Assembly (NCBI GenBank): GCA_963837175.1 | Contig: CAWIMJ010000057.1 | Span: 128,001-192,000 of the forward strand | Length of the DNA: 64,000 bases | Origin: an uncultured Nitrososphaeraceae archaeon | GTDB lineage: Archaea > Thermoproteota > Nitrososphaeria > Nitrososphaerales > Nitrososphaeraceae | Reading direction: 5' to 3' | In this document: positions 19,114-30,428 of the stretch, in pieces | How the letters are laid out: the number at the start of each line of letters is the position of its first letter | Numbering within the stretch: position 1 is the stretch's first letter | Notes under the pieces: model-generated | The model's input: the letters and a program-made list of their open reading frames with translations, nothing else | Told to the model about the DNA's origin: nothing | Databases searched by the model: none | Translations under genes and position numbers: made by a program

Positions 19114-20880
19114 CTATTTTACAGTGACAGATTTTGCTAAATTACGTGGATAATCAGGATCCGCCTTTTTCTTCAATGCAAGATAATAAGCTAAAATCTG
19201 TAATGGAATGACCTCTACTAATGGATAGAGATTATCTTTGATTTTTGTTATCTCAATGAAGTGATCATAAACATCGTCAATTTTATCAGAGATCCCTATG
19301 ACCGTCGCTCCTCTTGCTTTTATTTCATAAGCACTAGAAGTAGTACTTGTGTGTGTACTATCTGAAGGATTAATCACTATTACAAAAGTATTTTTTTCTA
19401 CTAGCGCAAGAGGACCATGTTTTATTTCACCAGCTGCTATACCTTCTGCATGAATATATGCCAATTCCTTAATTTTTAAAGCTCCCTCAAGAGCTATAGG
19501 ATAATGTAATGATCTTCCCAGAATGTAAATATCCTTTACATCTCCCATAGTATCTGCTATTTTTGAAATTTTTATTTCCTCATCAAGAACTATCTGTATT
19601 GCCTTGATGATTTCTGATTTGTTTTTAGAAATTCCAACGCAACCATTGCACATTCTGTCTATTATGTTGTAGATAACTGAAAGTTGTCCAGTAAAACTTT
19701 TTGTGGCTGCTACTCCAATCTCTGGACCACAATTTACGCTAAGAAAAGAATCACTGATCCTAGCTAAGGATGAAGTAGGAATATTGACAACTGAAAGTAT
19801 TTTTGATCCCATTTGCCTTGCTATTTTAACAGCGTGCAAAACATCGGCAGTTTCGCCACTTTGAGAAATCGCGATTATCACTGATTTGTCATCCACGGAA
19901 TCAAGCATATACTGAAACTCACTTGACATTATTGTCTCACATCGAATTTTGACGAACCTAGATAACAGGTGCTTCGCAATCAATGCTGAGTGATAACTCG
20001 TCCCACTACCTGTAATGAATACATTTTTCGCATTTGTTAAAATATCACAAAAGCTATGTAACCTTTCATTATTCTGATTCTCAGCTTCAACTATTGTCTG
20101 TATTTGTTCATGAATTTCTTTCAATGTATGGTGTGCGTATTTGCCTTTATTTGTTGCACCTAATTCCCAAGCTACTTGTGTAATCGGGCGCGTAACAGAA
20201 TTGCCATCGAAATTAAATAACTTTAATGTTCTTCCATCCGTAACTACAATGTCCTTATTGTCAAGAAAGATAGCCTTATCTGTATATTCAAGAAATCCAA
20301 GAACATCGCTTGAAATAAAACATCCAGAGTCTATTATTCCAATTATAAGCGGTTCGTCATATCTAGCACCGCTAATAGTGCCATCCTCAAAAATCGCAAC
20401 AAATGCGTAGGTACCGCCTAATTTATTGCATGTTTCTATCATTGCCTGTTTTACGTCTTTGTAGGTTGAATAATTGAGTTCAAGCAAATGGGCAATGACC
20501 TCGCTATCTGTCTGGCTCTTAAATTCGTGGCCAAGACGGATCAATTCTGCTTTTATTTCGTTATAATTCTCGATAATTCCGTTATGAACAACTGCAATAT
20601 CATCGGTACATCCAGAATGTGGATGCGCATTCTTATCAGTAACTCCACCATGGGTTGCCCATCTAGTATGACCTATACCTATTTTACCAGGTAAATGATC
20701 TAAATCTAAAGATTCGGCTACTTCAGCTACCTTGCCAATTCCTTTTCGTATAAGTATTTTACCGCTATTTATAGTAGCGATTCCGACGCTATCATAACCT
20801 CTATATTCCATCCTCTTTAAGCTTTGAACGAGGACAGGAGCTGCAAGTAATGTACCTGTATAACCTATGATCGAACACAC
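19114..20880 (-). CDS. glmS: Glutamine--fructose-6-phosphate aminotransferase
   Basis: N-terminal Cys, EYRGYDS, GHTRWATHG, SQSGETAD, PRNLAKSVTV. Confidence 0.97.
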   Translation of the reverse strand: MCSIIGYTGTLLAAPVLVQSLKRMEYRGYDSVGIATINSGKILIRKGIGKVAEVAESLDLDHLPGKIGIGHTRWATHGGVTDKNAHPHSGCTDDIAVVHNGIIENYNEIKAELIRLGHEFKSQTDSEVIAHLLELNYSTYKDVKQAMIETCNKLGGTYAFVAIFEDGTISGARYDEPLIIGIIDSGCFISSDVLGFLEYTDKAIFLDNKDIVVTDGRTLKLFNFDGNSVTRPITQVAWELGATNKGKYAHHTLKEIHEQIQTIVEAENQNNERLHSFCDILTNAKNVFITGSGTSYHSALIAKHLLSRFVKIRCETIMSSEFQYMLDSVDDKSVIIAISQSGETADVLHAVKIARQMGSKILSVVNIPTSSLARISDSFLSVNCGPEIGVAATKSFTGQLSVIYNIIDRMCNGCVGISKNKSEIIKAIQIVLDEEIKISKIADTMGDVKDIYILGRSLHYPIALEGALKIKELAYIHAEGIAAGEIKHGPLALVEKNTFVIVINPSDSTHTSTTSSAYEIKARGATVIGISDKIDDVYDHFIEITKIKDNLYPLVEVIPLQILAYYLALKKKADPDYPRNLAKSVTVK

Positions 20881-21199
20881 ATCTACTTTAAGTTAATATG
20901 ACCCTTAAAACCATTATTAAAGAGAGTTCTATATTATTATAAGTTGGTAGTGATCTTTTACCGCGAGTTGATTCGAAACTGTTTGAATTAAATGCTAATA
21001 TATGCATAATAGTACCATGATAATAATCTAGAATGATGATCTATTTTAATAACAAACCTCTGAAAAAATATATATGAACTGCTATCATTATATTAATATT
21101 TTTAATATTTCCTATATAATATTATAATCTTGATTGTTTATTAAGATTAAAAATTTTATTTCTATATTATTCCAAATATTATAGCTTTTCACAAAAAAT

Positions 21200-22000
21200 A
21201 ATTGCCGGATAGAAACATTCCGCTCATGTATCCATTTTTCTTTATATTTCAATATTTATGTTAGGAGTCATCATTTCATGAAATTTCACTGGCATTAAAT
21301 AGTGATGATGAATTTGTATCAATTATACAAGATATGTTAAATTAATTATTTTTAATTCAAGAATCTTTACTGCCTCATTGGTTTGCTCAAAGCATTTACT
21401 ATTTCCACTATCTTAAGGTACTTCTAGTGCACTATGACTAAATCCCAACCAATCAGTTGCATATTCTAAATCCATGAAAAAGTGCGCGGACTGACTCGGA
21501 TAAGATAACTAGTTTGAAATGTCTTGGATAGGTTTTGGTGCTACTTCTAATTGATAGCTTATAAATTCTCCTATATTATATTTCATACGATGATGATTCT
21601 GCAATTTGCTGAATGCTGGAATAAGTTTATTTCCCCATTTCCCTTACGCTCAAATGAAGCTAATCATTAGAAGCCAGATATTCATATTTTGACTAGGCAA
21701 TATCATATCTTGATAACCCTAGTTGCCGCCAAAACTGCCAATATTGCAAAACTTCTTGCTAATATACAGCATTATGAAATTGCATATCAAGAACTGACGT
21801 GCTAGGTGCAACCTTGTCTGTATTTGCAGCCACAAAATAGGTTTCTGATGGAAAGTAAATTTTGTTTGATAAAACGTTGGCATAGATACGTGAGGAATTA
21901 CAGTAGATATTCTGGGATGATTTATAAGCCAAACGAGGTTGTGCTTTTATATTCACCTTCTTGTTTTATCATTTTTATTATATTTATAATTTTATCAAAT
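21200..22000 (-). pseudogene. Heavily degraded LLM-class (F420-dependent) oxidoreductase; limits approximate
   Basis: Fragments across frames: ETYFVAANTDKV..TSVLDMQFHNAV, LARSFAILAVL, ASFERKG, APKPIQ, PRTFS, YATDWLG, in the order expected for luciferase-like monooxygenases. Confidence 0.55.
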
Positions 22001-22692
22001 GGCAAAATTAAATGGAGTCGACGTGATTTTCTGGATAAGCAATTTATTCATAGAATACATAACCGAAACATTCCTTCTAGTTATCGTATTCTCACATCAA
22101 ATCAACTTCTATAATTCCCATTATCAAATATATTGGTCAATATTTTAATCAATTGTTATTCATTCCAATCTCTGATTTTGAATTCCATAATTTTTGGGTT
22201 ATTGTTATATTGATTGGTAACACTTTCAGAGTGTATGCGTATCAGTTTAATTCTATAGCCTTTAGTGCATTATAACTTAATAGTGATAGGTCGCAAGGAA
22301 ACAGTGGCTGTGTACCAACCCATTTATGTAGAAAAAGTACGGGTGTACCATGCTTTTTTGCTGTATTAGTAGAGTATGCAGCTTAATATAATTTTTTTCA
22401 GTTCTGATTTTTACCGTGACTTTGCTTCTAAAACTCCATTAGTTGTCTATCTTGCAGATGACAAATGTAAAATTGCATAATAATCAACATGGTTGTCGAA
22501 GGTAAGACACAAATATGCTTTTGTGATGATTTTATAATAAATGAAAGACCTAAAAGTGTACAGAATGTAGTGGAAATTAAATATCTATTTTAAACGTTCT
22601 ATTTCTTGTTTTCAACATGAAGAGCATTACGGTATGTTATAAGCTACTCTCTTATTGTTACGTCAACAGAGACTGATATCTGCTACTTTGTA

Positions 22693-22953
22693 TTACAGAT
22701 CGATATTGAACAATTGTGGTGCATAAATTGATCCTTCTCTAACTCTCTTAACCTTTGCAACTGAAAGGTAATGGGGCCATATAGTCACCATGATACAACC
22801 CTCCGGAATACCTTCTGGTACTTCGATAATAATAATATCATTTTTATTTACTCCGTATTCGCTCAACTTTTCAATGCTCAGGCTGACCAAATCTTTTGTC
22901 ATCCCACTACTATAAACATATACTTTACCAGTGTAATCGATCTTATTATGCAT
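22693..22953 (-). CDS. Hypothetical protein
   Basis: 86-aa ORF with normal composition; no motif recognised. Confidence 0.6.
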   Translation of the reverse strand: MHNKIDYTGKVYVYSSGMTKDLVSLSIEKLSEYGVNKNDIIIIEVPEGIPEGCIMVTIWPHYLSVAKVKRVREGSIYAPQLFNIDL

Positions 22954-23652
22954 AAAGTCCTTTCACCAAATTGGAAACCCAATGTACAGAGGATATTATA
23001 ATTCTTCGTTCAAAAAAAAGAAATTATCTACATCTACATCTTCATTCTCAAATGTGTTCTATTCTATACTACAAAGATCAGGTTTTTTTGGTAGGTTTTA
23101 TAAAGAAAGGCTTATCAATAAATAAATCTTATTTTACAACTTTTTCTATTTGATAAGAGATAAAGAATTTTAATATGGAAAAATTATTGGAAGAATTATT
23201 ATTAACATCTTGGTTGTATCACCTGTATCTTCAAGCATCTTTGTACCATCCTCGATGCAAGAGCTGCGATACCAATCTGCTCTATCGTTATTCATATTTT
23301 TAACGTATATGGAAAAGTAACGGCCTGCCTTCACTTCTCTTTCGCACTTTGCTTGATAGAAATAGTTCTCTTAGCATTGCTTACCTTTGCAGCAAAACTT
23401 TCGATATTCGGCGAGAATTGCCATTAAAACTTACAATAAACCCAATATTACCATTCTCCACACTTAAAGTCTTTAGAAGAAAGCAGTTTTGAAATAATTA
23501 TATAATGTAATGACAGATTCCATTTTTAGGAAACTAGACTAGACTCCTCCATTTTAGTCTGTCGTACTCCGTCTAACTATATTCGGACAAATTCATTGAT
23601 ATTCCTCATTTAATCAGAGCTGCTAATATAGTATCTAATTTCATTCATATGA

Positions 23653-23823
23653 CTAGAGATCATCTACATGATATTTTGACATACAACCCGTACATTCAAA
23701 TATTTCATCTCCTACTGGACCGCTGACATTGAACCTCACAATAGTAGTACATTTTGGACACCGACCTTCCACACTTCGAGTCTTTCTTTGTGGTTTAGCA
23801 GTTCTTCTCTTTCTACTGCCCAT
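23653..23823 (-). CDS. Basic zinc-ribbon micro-protein, 56 aa (not in ORF track)
   Basis: MGSRKRRTAKPQRKTRSVEGRCPKCTTIVRFNVSGPVGDEIFECTGCMSKYHVDDL; CPKC..CTGC; TTTATAAA at 23851-23858, about 28 nt upstream. Confidence 0.75.
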   Translation of the reverse strand: MGSRKRRTAKPQRKTRSVEGRCPKCTTIVRFNVSGPVGDEIFECTGCMSKYHVDDL

Positions 23824-24129
23824 ATCTCGTATTATGGGAGCTTTTACCGTTTTATAAATTTGGTTAAATTATTGAATTAGTTTATTGTAGATATGTTTAT
23901 AGTCTTATATACAATCTTCATAAAAGCTCTAAGAAATACATACGTACCTAAATCACAAACTGAAACGATAGTATCGAAAAGAATAATGTCTCCGCCTTAC
24001 ATCAAGAAGTCTTCAGCAATATTGCAATGTTGACAGAAATTCTGAAAGATTTCTTTTCTGCGCGTCTCATTTGTTATTAGAGAAGCTATAAGGTCACCTT
24101 TTGAATCAACAAAATCTCAAGTGTAAGTA

Positions 24130-24435
24130 TTAACTGTAATCTACATAGTATTTGTACCTCCGTTCTACTTCTTTATTATTTCCTGCAAGAACCTTTTCAA
24201 TCTCTATTTTTAGATTATTATTTACATATTCACGAAATTGATCACCCTCTTTACTCTTTGGATATGTTGAAAGAGTATACTCGAAGTGCTTCATGAATTC
24301 AACTACTTTTGCTCTAAATTCTTCCTTTGTAGGCGTCTTATTTTCTGTCATTTTGAACCAGGTAGTTGCACATGCAGTAGAATATATCTTCGCGAGATCC
24401 TCAATCAAACGGTCTATCTCAAAGTAGTCTGGCAT
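24130..24435 (-). CDS. Hypothetical protein
   Basis: 101-aa helical-looking ORF; no motif recognised. Confidence 0.7.
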   Translation of the reverse strand: MPDYFEIDRLIEDLAKIYSTACATTWFKMTENKTPTKEEFRAKVVEFMKHFEYTLSTYPKSKEGDQFREYVNNNLKIEIEKVLAGNNKEVERRYKYYVDYS

Positions 24436-24985
24436 AGATTATTCGTTTCTATATCTAAGGTGAATCCTATAAATGATGCTAAAGGCCTTCTATGTCTGCT
24501 CGATTAGGAAATAGCTCTAATGGTAATCACCGTCAATATTAATAAATTTGATGGATTTCTCCAATAAGTGCATGGAAAGTTCCTCGCGCGAGAGAAAAAT
24601 AGATCTTTCTTCTTAGGACATCCAGAAAGTTAGAGTAATACTTTAAGATCTATATTATGATGCTTTGTGATAACTAATTACTATACTAAACAACCTTAGT
24701 TGAAGCAATCAACTTAGGCAAAGTATCCAGTATTAAGCTTCTCTAGTTCCTTAATCCTGTATTATCTATATTGAGTCATCTGATATAGAAATAATATTTG
24801 CTAGATCTCTTCAAAATTATATACTCAAAGGCAGAGCCCAGAATAGTATATGAACTAAAAATATTTACTCAATCTGTCTTGTAAAGTGATAATTTGGGCG
24901 AGACAACAAGATCACATTATTTATGTCCAAAAGATGCTTAATATATATTGAATTTTAATGAAGAAAAGATCTCACCTTGCAGCCT

Positions 24986-26710
24986 TTACCAATAACTCGC
25001 TTTGATCTTTTCTATTACCTTCTCATGTTCAGGACTTTTACTTCTTGCAAATTTTTCCATAGCAGTTAATGGCACTCCGCCTAGCGATCTCGCTAGTCCA
25101 GCAAAGAAAAGATTTTTGATCCTTTTTTCTCGGCCTACTTTGTGCATAAATTTTTGAATGCCATGTTTAAAGTTATGCTGCCAAGTCTTGTACATGACTC
25201 CTAATTTTGGTGGATCCATGGTGTTTCCAATATCAAAGAACTCTGATTTTTCGAGTAATCCTATTGGTACAAACGTTAGAGGAGTCACGGTAAATTTGGA
25301 ATCAGGTTGTTCCGTTTCAAGTTCATGTATAAGTCTTATGGTTTCCCAGCTATCATCGGGAGTCTCGTCGTTGTTTAGACCCATAATCAGAGTGAATGCT
25401 GGTACCCAATAATGTTCGTTTAGGGTTTTTACGGCCGTCTTTACAACCCAATGCCATTCGGATGGCTTATACGGAGCTAATTTTCGGTCCGCATATTTTC
25501 CTATTAATCTTGTACTTCCTGTTTCAAATCCACATTGAATACCAATATGATTATCTGGCCGTGCTTTAATTATCTTGGATATATTTGGAATTAATCTCTC
25601 ATCAGCAATTGCTCCCGCAAGAGTGCCATGTGTAGGATTAGTATGTTCAATTCCGGTAGCCATTATACCTGCAAATAGTTCTTCAATCGCTTCTCTGTTT
25701 GGTTGCATATTCTTTGTAGTTCTTGGATTTAATCCGTAGACGAAAATATCATCGCTGTGAACCCATGCATTCTTCAAACCACCGTATTTCATATTTATTT
25801 CGATTTCCTTTTGGACTTTCTCTACAGGATAGTATCTTAATGGTCTTAAAGTGACATCACAGAATTTACATCCGCGTCCACATCCTCTCATTACCTCAAT
25901 CATGCCATGCATACTTGGATTTACAATATTTGGGATCTCGTCAACTGATGGTTCGTCCCCATAATGTATGAATCTGCCATGGTAATTTTTGTCACTTCTG
26001 TTAAATTCCTTAATCTCTATTTTAAATTCTGTCTTTTTGAATGGGTTAGCGTTTTCCATTTCACCATGGATCAGCGCATCAAAAAATCTTCTACCTACAC
26101 CATCGATCTCTGGTGCGATACCGCCAAGGTCTCCTTCAAGAATTCCATAAAGACCATATTCCTCAATCTTAGCGGGATCGTAATTATATTGCCAGGTGCC
26201 CGACGCACCAGCAATTATTTTTGCCTTACTACCATTTTTAGTCTTGGCAGCATTTATCCTGTAGTGTAATTCTCTGTTGTAATATTCGTCGTATGACATT
26301 TGCTTCCGTCCATATGTGAATGTCATAGTAACAGGACCCATTCCAAGAGGATCCATCTCATATGTTCCCACTACTTCAGTTTCTGGGCCTATGAACTGTT
26401 CAATATAGTCTGGATGAGCAACTACAACGTCCTCTCGGGTATAACCGTCTCTTAAGAGTGATGCTTCTACTTTCCTTAGTCCATATGGTGCGTAATTAGC
26501 ACGTCCGTTTATACTTTCGATTGGATTGCATATAAAGTCAAAGAGGACTCTTGGAGTAACTTGGTTGCCCAATATATGATACCAAATAGAATTATGACTT
26601 CTATTCGTATCCAGAGCTGGTGCACAACCAAAAAACGATGCTAACGAGATACCTCTATAAGGAGACATTAAAGTTCGGTCAGCTGTCAAAACAACCTTTG
26701 GATGAGTCAT
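24986..26710 (-). CDS. Radical SAM protein with B12-binding-like N-terminus; probable GDGT ring synthase (Grs) homologue
   Basis: CGRGCKFC cluster motif; N-terminal VLTADRTLMS and APYGLRKVEASL motifs recalled from GrsA/B-like proteins. Confidence 0.7.
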   Translation of the reverse strand: MTHPKVVLTADRTLMSPYRGISLASFFGCAPALDTNRSHNSIWYHILGNQVTPRVLFDFICNPIESINGRANYAPYGLRKVEASLLRDGYTREDVVVAHPDYIEQFIGPETEVVGTYEMDPLGMGPVTMTFTYGRKQMSYDEYYNRELHYRINAAKTKNGSKAKIIAGASGTWQYNYDPAKIEEYGLYGILEGDLGGIAPEIDGVGRRFFDALIHGEMENANPFKKTEFKIEIKEFNRSDKNYHGRFIHYGDEPSVDEIPNIVNPSMHGMIEVMRGCGRGCKFCDVTLRPLRYYPVEKVQKEIEINMKYGGLKNAWVHSDDIFVYGLNPRTTKNMQPNREAIEELFAGIMATGIEHTNPTHGTLAGAIADERLIPNISKIIKARPDNHIGIQCGFETGSTRLIGKYADRKLAPYKPSEWHWVVKTAVKTLNEHYWVPAFTLIMGLNNDETPDDSWETIRLIHELETEQPDSKFTVTPLTFVPIGLLEKSEFFDIGNTMDPPKLGVMYKTWQHNFKHGIQKFMHKVGREKRIKNLFFAGLARSLGGVPLTAMEKFARSKSPEHEKVIEKIKASYW

Positions 26711-27105
26711 AAATCTAAGTCCCTAATCAGTATGCAGTTAAAGATGGATAGATTTTAAGCTTTCCAATTGTGTCATCACCGTCAGACAATGCACTCCTTT
26801 AATATTTTCTTAAATAGAAAAGAAAGCAATATTACTGTATTTTGGATCTAGGATGAATTCTATTACTCAATTTGGAAATCCCGATCAATTTTCAAGTAAG
26901 GATAAAGTACCACGATATAGTTTTTGAAGCTAAAAACTGAGAAACATGTCTAGTAGAGGATGATTATTTCAACATGATTAGAGTATTATCATAAACGGTC
27001 TAACGTTAAAGTTTTGGCTGGTACATTTTAAGACACTAATGCATGTCAAGAATTACTGTTATAAGTATAAAAATGCAAATTAGAAGTGATTTGGGTAATA
27101 AGAAT

Positions 27106-27273
27106 TTATTTTTTAACTCCCAAAGATCTATTCTTTAGCCTCATCTGAGTGCCATGGCATTTTCTACATCGAGAAGAAGAAATCGGGTTCTTTCCGCCGC
27201 ATTTGAAGCAAATTTTGAAAAATAGTCTGCGTTGTTGCGCTATCTGTTTTTTTGTTGTATCGGTAATAGGCAT
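27106..27273 (-). CDS. rpl40e: 50S ribosomal protein L40e (not in ORF track)
   Basis: MPITDTTKKQIAQQRRLFFKICFKCGGKNPISSSRCRKCHGTQMRLKNRSLGVKK. Confidence 0.95.
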   Translation of the reverse strand: MPITDTTKKQIAQQRRLFFKICFKCGGKNPISSSRCRKCHGTQMRLKNRSLGVKK

Positions 27274-28087
27274 GATAGTTTATCCAGCCTCAGGTAAATT
27301 TCTACTTTTCTATTTTGAAACAGAAATTTAATATCTTTTCGGAATCTTATAAACTTCAATAGCAGACAAATACTACTATTATAGCAGACACAGTTTCATT
27401 TAATAATTAATGATCATTAGTATGGGCAAATAATCAAAAGAGAAATATCGGCTAGATATAATAAGTTTGAGTAACTTTCGTATAACTCTGAATTACTTAC
27501 GTATGACTTGCTGGCAAAGATGAGGCTGGCTACGATTTGAACACTATATAATCGATCTTGATAAAACGACTACCTCATTTTTTGAGAATATCATAACGTG
27601 TAGAGATTATACTACGTATCTTTTCTAGTTTTGAGTTCTTCAAGATGAATATGTCTGAGATCGTTAAGAGAGAAGTATATTTTATCCAATTTACATACCC
27701 ATTGCCCAGCTGATTATAGAGTTATTTTATAAATATAATTTCGTCATCATAACAATTCTAATATATTAGATTTTTTTCCTTTTATTATTATGATGTCCAA
27801 TTTAAACTATAACAAAGGGTTTTGTTGAGTATTGATAGAATGTAGAGGTTTTTGACCAATGAATGGAGAATATGCCATGACCAGAAACAGTTTTTGCTTT
27901 TATATGTTATGAACAGTATAATTCTGAGGGACATAACTTTTCTATTTTACACCTAGCTGCGATGTACTAGCCTCTACATTAGCTATTTTTATCGTGGGTG
28001 ACACTGAGTATTTATGAGATATAATAAAAAGAGTCATTAAAATTAACGGTTTTGCGGTTATACGTGGAGTAAAAAAGAGAGGAGCTA

Positions 28088-29760
28088 TTATCTAATAGTT
28101 ATTGAGCCCCTGGCAAAAGTCCCAATCGATCCATCAGTTAGTCTAATATATACATCTAGAAGATACTTCCCATTTTTGACATCATCTACGCTAAAGAAAA
28201 CTTTGCCATTATGAATATCTTTTTGGAGAAACTCACGGGGACCGATATCACCATTGTTTTTCATTTCTGATATTGCCGCAGACAAGATCTTTCCTATACC
28301 TATTAGCTTTACCTTAAATTCATTGTCATTCAGGATGAACGCTCCATTAAATTTGCTAAATGGCATATTATATTTTGCGTCTTGAGTATTTAGAACTCGC
28401 AAAACTAAGTTACGCTCTTTGTTATTACCAAACTCGATATGGATTCTTGGAACTTTAACAAGTGGTTTTTCGGCCTTTAGTGTATTGACGGTATCCTGGA
28501 TAACTTTGATCTGTGTAGGAGAGGTAGAATGAATTTTTACATTATTATAGTTATTGATTTTTGTATTGATATTATTTATGTTATTTATTATCTGATTGGA
28601 TACCTGAACAAGAGTTTGCTGGATATTTTGGCCCTTAGCTATTTGGGTACCTATCTGCGCGGTGGCTTGGCGAACTTCATCCGTGTTACCTTCAGCATAT
28701 TGTTTTGCTATTTGGAGTATTGCCTGTGCTACAGGACCCTTCGGATTACTAGCTACTTGTTGAGCTATCTGGTTTATAATCTGATCGGCATTTCCTCCAA
28801 CCTGTGCAGCCTGTAAAGCAATCTGTTGAATAGTTTGTTCTACGGTCGATGCACCTGCTTCTTCACTATCGCCTGTTGATTGTGCTTCAGTTGATGAATT
28901 TGCTATCTGGGTTGCAACTTGGTCTATCTGTTGGACTGCATCAACACCGGCAGCTTTTTGTATTGCTTCTTGTTCTATTGCTTGTGTAATATCTTCACCC
29001 GCTGCTTGTTCTAATGCACCTTGTTCTATTGCTTGTGTAGTATTCTCTCCTCCTGCTTGTTCTAATGCACCTTGTTCTATTCCTTGAATAATTTCATCTT
29101 CTCCTTCTTCTTGGCTTGTTACTAATTCAGATGATTTTTGTGCTGCTGCTAAATCTGTTTCCTGTCCAGTATTATTAGCATTTGTTTCATCTTCTGTTGT
29201 TGTTGCTGCTTAAATCTGTTTCCTGTCCAGTATTATTAGCATTTGTTTCATCTTCTGTTGTTGTTGTTGCTGTTAAATCTGTTTCCTGTCCAGTATTATT
29301 AGCATTTGTTTCATCTTCTGTTGTTGTTGCTGCTTAAATCTGTTTCCTGTCCAGTATTATTAGCATTTGTTTCATCTTCTGTTGTTGTTGTTGCTGCTAA
29401 ATCTGTTTCCTGTCCAGTATTATTAGCATTTGTTTCATCTTCTGTTGTTGTTGTTGCTGTTAAATCTGTTTCCTGTCCAGTATTATTAGCATTTGTTTCA
29501 TCTTCTGTTGTTGTTGTTGCTTCGACTACCTGCTTGTCAGTACTATCTTCATCATCTCTAACATCTTCTGTTGTTGTTGCTGTTAAATCTGTTTCCTGTC
29601 CAGTATTATTAGCATTTGTTTCATCTTGAGATGCTGTTTGATCTGTCTCTTCGTCAACTTGAGCGAGAGAAATAGGTGAAAAATTCCCTAGAGTTGTAGC
29701 AAGTGAAAGTAATAGTACAGCAATCAATGTTACAACTCCAATAGTTTTTTCGATTTTCAT
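28088..29760 (-). CDS. Secreted/surface protein with acidic Thr-rich tandem repeats and Gln-rich helical region (about 556 aa if two +1 bases are removed)
   Basis: Signal peptide at 29760; repeat region; continuous open frame from about 29210 to stop at 28088 (QQIALQAAQVGG..., IINNINNIN..., C-terminal beta-rich domain). Confidence 0.75.
28960..29082. repeat. Second coding repeat, 51-bp period (AIEQGALEQAxGE..TQ)
   Basis: tgcttgttctaatgcaccttgttctatt at 29003 and 29054, with a degenerate third copy. Confidence 0.8.
29151..29627. repeat. Coding tandem repeat, 7 near-identical units of about 61-63 bp (ETDLxATTTTEDETNANNTGQ)
   Basis: aaatctgtttcctgtccagtattattagcatttgtttcatctt starts at 29151, 29212, 29275, 29336, 29399, 29462 and 29585. 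Confidence 0.95.
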
Positions 29761-30428
29761 TTAAATGCAAATGATGAAAAGAAGATTGGATATTTAGACT
29801 TTACATATTATTGGCTCAATAAATCATCAGTTATTATAATAAGATTGGTTAAACTGTGCATGTTGTATGCGATATATCATAATGGTATTGTCTATTCTTC
29901 GTTCTAATTAACCTTGATGCAATGTGTTCTGAAAATAGTTGTTTTATCGTTTTAGTATATGGCTGAATCATTGTTTCTTTTTATTTTTATACTTCTCCAT
30001 TTTTCCTTTTTTATGTACGATGACGTATAATAATATGAAATTATATTAGTAATCGTCATGATGAAGCATACGTTATAATCCTTATGACTTGAATACGAAC
30101 AGCCTCAACTACAGTAATAGGAACCTCCATGATTAAGCATAGAACAATTGTATCTACAATCATCATAACACTTTTTGCACTGACCTAGCTCAGATAATGT
30201 ACGTGTTTATTTATTATGAATATTATTAAAAAATTCTTTAATTCCTCTATGTATATTGATAACAAGTATCACAAGATGACGGTCAACTCATTTTGGATGA
30301 TAAGAATATTCTTAGCTATATTTAGGATACTGAATTATCGAATTCACTACTATTTTTCTAAATTTTTTTCTAAACCCCATAACTACCACCGGAGGGCTTC
30401 CAATAAAATAGTTTTCCTTACTTATATC

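Noticed and set aside
23190-23430. Possible Cys-containing small-gene remnant on the minus strand
   Set aside because: Interrupted by stops and frameshifts and no recognisable family
27149-27331. 60-aa plus-strand ORF
   Set aside because: Antisense to the real rpl40e gene
29151-29627. Possible CRISPR array (regular ~62-bp periodicity)
   Set aside because: No unique spacers; units are near-identical end to end, encode an in-frame peptide repeat, and no cas genes are nearby
28529-29629. Plus-strand ORFs 28529-28816 and 29306-29629
   Set aside because: Antisense shadows of the repeat surface-protein gene
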